Shown here: positions 59,301-64,000 of the stretch, piece after piece
Layout: each line of letters opens with the position of its first letter
How positions within the stretch are numbered: the first letter of the stretch is position 1
Origin: Patescibacteria group bacterium
GTDB lineage: Bacteria; Patescibacteriota; Minisyncoccia; UBA6257; 2-01-FULL-56-20
Assembly (NCBI GenBank): GCA_038077975.1
Contig: JBBUGM010000006.1
Location: forward strand, 4,905-68,904
Reading direction: 5' to 3'
Length of the DNA: 64,000 nt
The notes under the pieces: generated by a model
Told to the model about the DNA's origin: nothing
Seen by the model: only the letters and a program-made list of their open reading frames with translations
The model's database searches: none
Made by a program: the position numbers and the translations under genes

Positions 59301-59510
59301 GGAGAAGATGTAAAAGCGCTTCAAGAATTGCTTCTTGCCGAAGGGGTGTATACAGAAGGCCTTATCACGGGATTTTTCGGATCGCTCACCAAGCAAGCTG
59401 TTATTAGGTTCCAGGAGAAATATGCGGATGAGGTTTTGGCTCCGGCCGGGCTCGTGAACGGAACCGGATACGTTGGTCCCGCGACGAGAGCGAAGATCCA
59501 AGAGCTCTAA
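56328..59510 (+). CDS. large cell-surface protein: FN3-like and carboxypeptidase-regulatory-like domains plus two C-terminal peptidoglycan-binding repeats
   Basis: Signal peptide, Ser/Thr-rich linkers, tandem about 84-aa repeats (nt 58929-59180 and 59257-59507) with the PG_binding_1-like motif GEDVKALQxLLLAEGVY...GFFGxLTxQAVIRFQEKY. Confidence 0.7.
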   Translation: MRRILVLSVMFLALGLSFLPRGADAFSFSNLRAENIYGPGAQIKWTTDESGDSKVYYGTSPGNYPNHAAGDCLSPSSPVFEHCVNLTNLAASTKYYYVVKTTVASGSYPEYTSEEKNFDSATSSSTSTSTSTGTSPPAAPSGFIAALSGNDVKLDWQDNSSDESDFKIFRRPQGGIWAFIISLSQNVTSFTEFGFAVNFSPGTYEYHVNACNPAGCSPDSNIVSVSIGGAPPSTTTTEATSSQPTAQTTVVSGIALDPIGKAVAGAGVRIFKEDFSRNYGILSGADGSWKISGVEAGNYWLEAMPPPERTELSRAEPFRFSISDNETKVFTLKFVGTSKNVSGAASFSDGTPISDAEVGAYSSETKQWKSVFVDSGGRYNLALSGGIWQLGTRPRDPASAKWSWNGPFSEVVFADDITPESRTVNFVIPISDSKVIISVRDEAGKPLEGAGIMLDTLSAGDQSSLRPPPDYKKSDAQGLATFLARAGTYYLRAFLPSELGYLNPEEQKISILSGETKDIAFVFRRPTLFETVKVFGTTKISGVGPVDAFVWAWSEKGGNVNLRASAGGEFIAVLQRGDKWRIGAGKEENGIPYKSGEIILDTSQPVGLVELILERYGLEALPPPVSTSQSATKEIFVQTADGAEVRIPPSAAGTSGTVSVEITPTIEAPSQPAAKVVSTVYEVTIKDSAGTNIETLQDETEIVIPYDPEVLKDQGITEDAVVPSFFDESTGVWVKVESYTVDKIRKVFILRVTHLTIFALVAAADTTPPNPPTNVTASYGTDGSIVISWINPTADFSHVRVYRSTERGFLGDVIATNLKKNTLTDINVTKGVVYYYVVRAVDPAGNETSNKNQVVIEATQTLSVPQGAIAKLEILRNLSAGSSGEDVKALQSLLLAEGVYPQGLITGFFGELTRQAVIRFQEKYADEVLAPAGLTSGNGFVGPLTRKKVNALTLGAAAPAAEAPPAETPPQAPLGQATKAEILRDLTVGSTGEDVKALQELLLAEGVYTEGLITGFFGSLTKQAVIRFQEKYADEVLAPAGLVNGTGYVGPATRAKIQEL

Positions 59511-60473
59511 ATGCCAAAAAGCATTTTCGGCAAATTGTCGGTTATCGCCGTCATAGTTGCCGTCTTTGGCGGCTTTTCCTTTGCCGGTTATTACTATTTT
59601 AGAGAGGAGAATATTCTTCCGGCGAGAGAACTGCGCATCGCGCATTTTTATAACGATCCAGAAACAAGCATTGAGAAGATTGGTCTTAGGGTTTTTTACG
59701 CGGTTCCCAAAAATCGCGAAAAAGATTTTGATCAAAAATGGCGCGGAAAAATCGATCCGGTGCTCCTCCGGGCGTCGCGATTTCATTTTTTAGAGCTGCG
59801 CGGTCTTTCCGAGTTAGACTACAAACTTTTTCCTCAGCCGGTTTTTTTGGAACACGACGATCCATTTTATTCCACCTCGACCGACGGCGGCAATCCGCGC
59901 GCCTTGATTGCTATTGCTGAAGAAATTGACAGGCGTGTCTTCGGCGCAGGCGGCGATCTTTATGATCCCGAATTTGCGAAATTTGAAGAAGGCCCGCCTC
60001 GCGTCGATGAGCCGACGCGAGTCGAGGCGGGCGAATATCCGGCGATGGGTATTATTTACGAAGGCGTTGGAGCTTCTGGCGGCATTATCTATAAGACAGA
60101 AGAGGACTTGACGCGCGCAGAGATCGCAATGCGTTTAGGCGTGCCGGAATCAATGGTTTTCCTCTTGGACATCGAGTCGGTGCGCGGATTTTTCATCTTG
60201 AATTACGAATTTTTGAGCGACAAGGAGTTTTCTGTTTTTGGCCCCACCTACCTTTACCACGAGTTCGGCCACTCGTATGGTTTGCCGGACCGCGACGAAG
60301 CGGCCCCGTTTAGTGTCGACTCGCCTCAACTCGGCGAAGCGGGCGATCAAGCGCGGTTCGAGGCCAACAAAGCGCCTCCTGGCAATGACATTATGGGCTA
60401 CGGCCGGAAAGAGCCGCTTGAGGTAATGTATATTGGAAGGGATTTGCTCAAAGGGTTAGGGGTTATTGATTAA
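59511..60473 (+). CDS. membrane-anchored putative zinc metallopeptidase
   Basis: N-terminal TM and HExxH motif LYHEFGHSYGLPD. Confidence 0.5.
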   Translation: MPKSIFGKLSVIAVIVAVFGGFSFAGYYYFREENILPARELRIAHFYNDPETSIEKIGLRVFYAVPKNREKDFDQKWRGKIDPVLLRASRFHFLELRGLSELDYKLFPQPVFLEHDDPFYSTSTDGGNPRALIAIAEEIDRRVFGAGGDLYDPEFAKFEEGPPRVDEPTRVEAGEYPAMGIIYEGVGASGGIIYKTEEDLTRAEIAMRLGVPESMVFLLDIESVRGFFILNYEFLSDKEFSVFGPTYLYHEFGHSYGLPDRDEAAPFSVDSPQLGEAGDQARFEANKAPPGNDIMGYGRKEPLEVMYIGRDLLKGLGVID

Positions 60474-60581
60474 GACCTAATGCGAAATGCGCGAACACGA
60501 TTATGCGAATCATGCGAAAACGAAACCGTTTTATTTCGCAATATTCGCATAGTTAATTCGTAATTTCGCATTATTATAATT
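60474..60581. promoter_or_regulatory. intergenic region with four TGCGAA and three TTCGCA repeats (candidate operator array) upstream of the histidine kinase
   Basis: atgcgaaatgcgcgaac...atgcgaatcatgcgaaaacg...atttcgcaatattcgcatag...aatttcgcatt. Confidence 0.4.
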
Positions 60582-62429
60582 ATGTTCCGCGGCAAACTGC
60601 GCAACAAAATAATTTTCTTTATGGTGCTTGTGAGTGTCGTGCCGGTGCTCGCCGCTGGCTTTTTGTCCGTGTGGAGTATCACCTTATCGCACAAAATTGA
60701 TGTCGCCAATCTCGAAACGGCTCTTATTGAGCAGAAATACAACGAAATCAAGCGTTTTATGGATAACACGGTGCTTGGGAATATCATTGTTAACGTATCC
60801 TATGAACAGACAACGGACGTTGCGCCGCAAGATCAAAAGTTCTTGTTGGGCGGTATTTTGGAGAGGGTCCCGGGGCTGGAATGGGTTTCTTTCATCAATT
60901 TAGAAGGCCGCGAAACCACGAGATTGACACGTTTGGAGCCGGATGGCGTTTCTGAAGAAGACCTGCGAAATTGGAGCGGGATAGAGGGATTCTCCGAAGC
61001 CAAAGCAGAGAACACTTATTTGAGCCCGGTTCATTTCACCTTGAACGGTCCGATGGTTACGGTTTTGGCTCCCGCGAAAAATAAAAACGGAGTTGTGATA
61101 TTTGTTACGGCTGCCGAAGCAAATTTAGAGAAGATCAGAGAAGTGGTGGAAAATGCGTCGCTCGGCAGCTCGGGGTATGTTTACCTTGCCGATCAATCGG
61201 GGTCGTTTATCGTCGGTAGCGGCCCATTCGATAATATTGGCGGGGGGACCAGCTTGGAGGGCGTCGGCATCATTTCCGGTCTTACGGGACGGAGCGGGAT
61301 ACGCGCATCCGATTGGAAAATCTCGGCGCGGCGCGAAGATGCGAAAGACGACATCACCATAAAGAGGGATTTTCTTGGCACAGAAGGACAGAGGAAATAC
61401 GAAAGCTTTTTTGGAGAAAAAGTGGTTGCCGCCGGCAGGTTTCTGCCGGAGTATAACTGGGCTCTGATCGCCGAGTGGCCCGTAAAGGAGGCGGATGCGA
61501 GCGTCAACGAACTTATCTACAACAACGGAATGGTTTCCATAGCCGTTTTTGCGGCAGCGGTAGGCGCGAGCATTTTACTTGCCACATTTATCGTTCGTCC
61601 CGTTAAAACTTTGGAGGCGGGGACGGAAAGGGTTGCTCAAGGCAAGTTCGAAGAAAAAATAGAGATAAAAACCGGCGACGAGCTTGAAGAGCTGGGTGCG
61701 GCGTTCAACAAAATGATGGCTGGCCTAAAGCGCTTGGAAGAACTGAAAGAAGAGTTCGTCTTCGTTGCCGCGCACGAATTGCGCACACCAGTCGCGGCGA
61801 TGAAGGGGTATTTATCGCTTATTTTGGACGGCACGACTGGCGGAGTGAATGACCGCACCAAGGATTTTATAACTAAAGTAATTCAATCCAACAATCGCCT
61901 TGTTCAGCTTGTGAACGATCTCCTCGAAGTTTCTCGTTCCGAAGCCGGCCGGCTGACGATCAGGGTTTCGCCGATCGATCTTGTGTCTCCGATCCATGAT
62001 GTCTTGGTAGAGCTCGAAAAAATGGCTGAAGAAAAGCATGTGCAGCTCGTGCATGAAACTTTGCCGCAAATGCCAAAAATTTTAGCAGACCCAGATCGCT
62101 TGAAGGAAGTACTCGTGAACTTGGTCGGAAATTCCATCAAATACATGGGCGGCTCGGGCACTGTTACTATTTCTCACGAGCTAAAAGCTAACGAGCTCAT
62201 TACTCACATCAAAGATACCGGCATCGGCATGTCCAAAGAAGCCCAGGAGAAACTTTTTGAAAAGTTTTACAGGATTGCCACGGACAAGACGCGCGAAATC
62301 ACGGGCACCGGCCTCGGCCTTTTCATCGTCAAAGAGATCATCGAAAAAATGAACGGAAAAATTTGGGCAACGTCAGAAGGGGAGGGGAAGGGGTCTACGT
62401 TCAGCTTCAGTTTGCCAGTTGCAAAGTAG
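60582..62429 (+). CDS. sensor histidine kinase (TM, extracytoplasmic sensor, HAMP, HisKA, HATPase)
   Basis: H-box FVAAHELRTPVAAMKGY, N-box VNLVGNSIKY, G-box GTGLGLFIVKEII. Confidence 0.85.
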   Translation: MFRGKLRNKIIFFMVLVSVVPVLAAGFLSVWSITLSHKIDVANLETALIEQKYNEIKRFMDNTVLGNIIVNVSYEQTTDVAPQDQKFLLGGILERVPGLEWVSFINLEGRETTRLTRLEPDGVSEEDLRNWSGIEGFSEAKAENTYLSPVHFTLNGPMVTVLAPAKNKNGVVIFVTAAEANLEKIREVVENASLGSSGYVYLADQSGSFIVGSGPFDNIGGGTSLEGVGIISGLTGRSGIRASDWKISARREDAKDDITIKRDFLGTEGQRKYESFFGEKVVAAGRFLPEYNWALIAEWPVKEADASVNELIYNNGMVSIAVFAAAVGASILLATFIVRPVKTLEAGTERVAQGKFEEKIEIKTGDELEELGAAFNKMMAGLKRLEELKEEFVFVAAHELRTPVAAMKGYLSLILDGTTGGVNDRTKDFITKVIQSNNRLVQLVNDLLEVSRSEAGRLTIRVSPIDLVSPIHDVLVELEKMAEEKHVQLVHETLPQMPKILADPDRLKEVLVNLVGNSIKYMGGSGTVTISHELKANELITHIKDTGIGMSKEAQEKLFEKFYRIATDKTREITGTGLGLFIVKEIIEKMNGKIWATSEGEGKGSTFSFSLPVAK

Positions 62430-62474
62430 CATGCTATCATTACGTTAGAAACTTTTGGAAGCGAGGTTACGATT

Positions 62475-62759
62475 ATGTGTACAAGGCAGTCAAAGTGCGG
62501 CATCATTGTTTCTCTTGAACAACGTATGTCTGCCAGAAACGCCGAATTAACCGAGTCCAAGAGAGAAAGCTTAGATCGGGCCGTACTGGATGCCATACGG
62601 ACACATCCTGCCCTGACTCCGGTTTTGTTAATGTTTTACCTGGAAAATACTTATCCGATTTCGTGGAGGGACGGCGACATCAAAGATGCTTTGTATCGAC
62701 TCACGGAAAGCGGCAAAATTGTACTCAACAGCGACCGCACATTTGGCTTGGCTGCTTGA
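62475..62759 (+). CDS. hypothetical small protein
   Basis: 94-aa ORF, no response regulator motif. Confidence 0.3.
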   Translation: MCTRQSKCGIIVSLEQRMSARNAELTESKRESLDRAVLDAIRTHPALTPVLLMFYLENTYPISWRDGDIKDALYRLTESGKIVLNSDRTFGLAA

Positions 62760-62858
62760 AGGTTCGTATTCCCCGTCCATGTCGGATGGGGATTTTTTGT
62801 AAATTCCAAAACACGATGCTATGATGTGAGTAGAATTTTGTGAACAGGAGTAGCCGAG

Positions 62859-63149
62859 ATGGATAACCGTTTGTTGTCGGCAACGGTGAAGAAGCTATAT
62901 ACCTTTGCCGATGTGCATGACGCTACTCTTACTATTGAAAGGGACGCTAATCTCGACCAATTCGTAGCATTTCTCCGCGACAAGAAGACCAAGGAAAGAT
63001 TGGGACTAAAAACTGAAAAAGGTATTTATGATAGCGTCATTTTTGAACATGTATCAGGCGTAGACCGGTCTCCAGTTGTGGCAATATGCAGATTAGCCGA
63101 AAAAGTTGAGAGCCACGACTTTCAGCTTGTGGTTCGGAGGAAGCGGTAA
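62859..63149 (+). CDS. hypothetical small protein
   Basis: GGAG RBS; stop overlaps the next start (ATGA). Confidence 0.35.
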   Translation: MDNRLLSATVKKLYTFADVHDATLTIERDANLDQFVAFLRDKKTKERLGLKTEKGIYDSVIFEHVSGVDRSPVVAICRLAEKVESHDFQLVVRRKR

Positions 63150-63376
63150 TGACCGACGCCGAGCGCCTGGAAAGATTGACCGAGATCGCGAGCTTCGCAA
63201 ATCGCGAACCCTTGACCGACGCAGAGTTCGCATTCTTGGAAAATAACTTCGAATGGAACGCGCAACTTTTGCGCCGAGTCCGTTTTACCCGCGCGCGTCC
63301 CTTCGAGGCCTTCCTCGATGGCTTTACAGAGAGGTGTCTAACTTGTAGAGTCGAACGCAATTATTGCTGTGATTAA
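63149..63376 (+). CDS. hypothetical small protein
   Basis: 75-aa ORF translationally coupled to the previous one; terminator-like hairpin follows. Confidence 0.35.
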   Translation: MTDAERLERLTEIASFANREPLTDAEFAFLENNFEWNAQLLRRVRFTRARPFEAFLDGFTERCLTCRVERNYCCD

Positions 63377-63407
63377 AATATTTCCCCGTCCGAAAATGGA
63401 CGGGGAA

Positions 63408-63749
63408 TTAATTTTCCAGAATCACCTCAAACGCGACGTATTCTTTTACCGGACCGAGCAGTTCAAGGTTTTCTTTTATTGCTTCCTGTTTGTTTTTCGC
63501 GCACGGTTCGATTTGCTCGAACGGTATCAGCCGGAAAATTGTTTGGAGTGAGCCGAAAACGACTCTGCCAATCTTTCCGTACAAGCGTGGGCCGCTGTAG
63601 CCGCAAGACAAAGTTGTTTTTCTTCCGGTGCGGAGCTGACCTCTATTCCACTGCCGTTCAGCGCGTCGCACTTCCCATCGCTTTCCGCGCGAACGGAAAT
63701 CCTCGAACGATTCTGTCGCGAGCGGTACGAAAACGGGTGTTTCGTTCAT
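63408..63749 (-). CDS. hypothetical protein (possibly ASCH/PUA-like)
   Basis: 113-aa ORF; weak resemblance to ASCH domains only. Confidence 0.3.
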   Translation of the reverse strand: MNETPVFVPLATESFEDFRSRGKRWEVRRAERQWNRGQLRTGRKTTLSCGYSGPRLYGKIGRVVFGSLQTIFRLIPFEQIEPCAKNKQEAIKENLELLGPVKEYVAFEVILEN

Positions 63750-64000
63750 ACTGCTTTACGTCTCATCACTTCGTCTCTCTCTATGCGGCGCGATGGCAAT
63801 GCTAACGTACCAGTTTTAGCAAGCTGCACTTCATTCAGGAGCTGCAGTAAGCTCGGGTCGTTCACAAAATCCCACGAACCCTTATATTTCCGGCTAATTT
63901 TTTCTCTCCACTCTTGAGTTAAACGGACATATTCGTACCGCTCTTCTATTGGAACAAAGTCCATGTCCGGATCCCAGAGGATCCTCGCGAGCGTGATTAC
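63746..64000 (-). CDS. hypothetical protein (partial, open to window end)
   Basis: Frame stays open beyond 63964 to the window edge; 4-nt overlap with the downstream gene. Confidence 0.3.
   Translation of the reverse strand, partial: VITLARILWDPDMDFVPIEERYEYVRLTQEWREKISRKYKGSWDFVNDPSLLQLLNEVQLAKTGTLALPSRRIERDEVMRRKAV

Noticed and set aside
1-64000. CRISPR arrays, rRNA genes, integrase/transposase genes
   Set aside because: No regularly spaced 25-40-nt direct repeats, no rRNA-like conserved blocks, and no recognisable recombinase motifs in any ORF. The insertions described therefore have no resident mobilisation gene in this window.

Overview
This 64 kb window looks like part of the chromosome of a small-genome, uncultivated-type bacterium (phylum not assignable from sequence; GC about 50%). 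Housekeeping genes present: ftsW/rodA-family, mltG, a single-ORF rpoB-rpoC fusion, rpsF, ssb, rplK, tmk, an HD dNTPase, gatB, lon, miaA, thrS, serS, alr, ftsQ-like, lepA, adenosine deaminase, an IMPDH-like gene, pcm, znuCB, a histidine kinase and tRNA-Gly(CCC). These are interleaved with accessory material. The most striking block (17.1-23.7 kb) is a compact Pup/UBact-type bacterial proteasome locus: prcB, prcA, an ARC/Mpa-like AAA ATPase, two tandem PafA/Dop-family paralogs and an un-called 49-aa acidic ORF ending Gly-Glu that looks like the ubiquitin-like tag. Two nucleotidyltransferase-type toxin-antitoxin cassettes (MNT-HEPN after gatB; AbiEi/AbiEii-like after a DUF4012-like gene) each sit next to a diverged duplicate of the 3' end of the upstream gene, which reads as the footprint of site-specific insertion. 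Several small palindromic repeat families (MITE/REP-like) are scattered through the window, and some are inserted in-frame into miaA and alr. Also present: a 912-aa wHTH plus metallophosphatase-like protein convergent with an HNH nuclease, large secreted surface proteins, a tRNA-Gly with an upstream 5'-half pseudo-copy, and recurrent promoter-region motifs. No CRISPR arrays, rRNA genes or integrase/transposase genes were seen.
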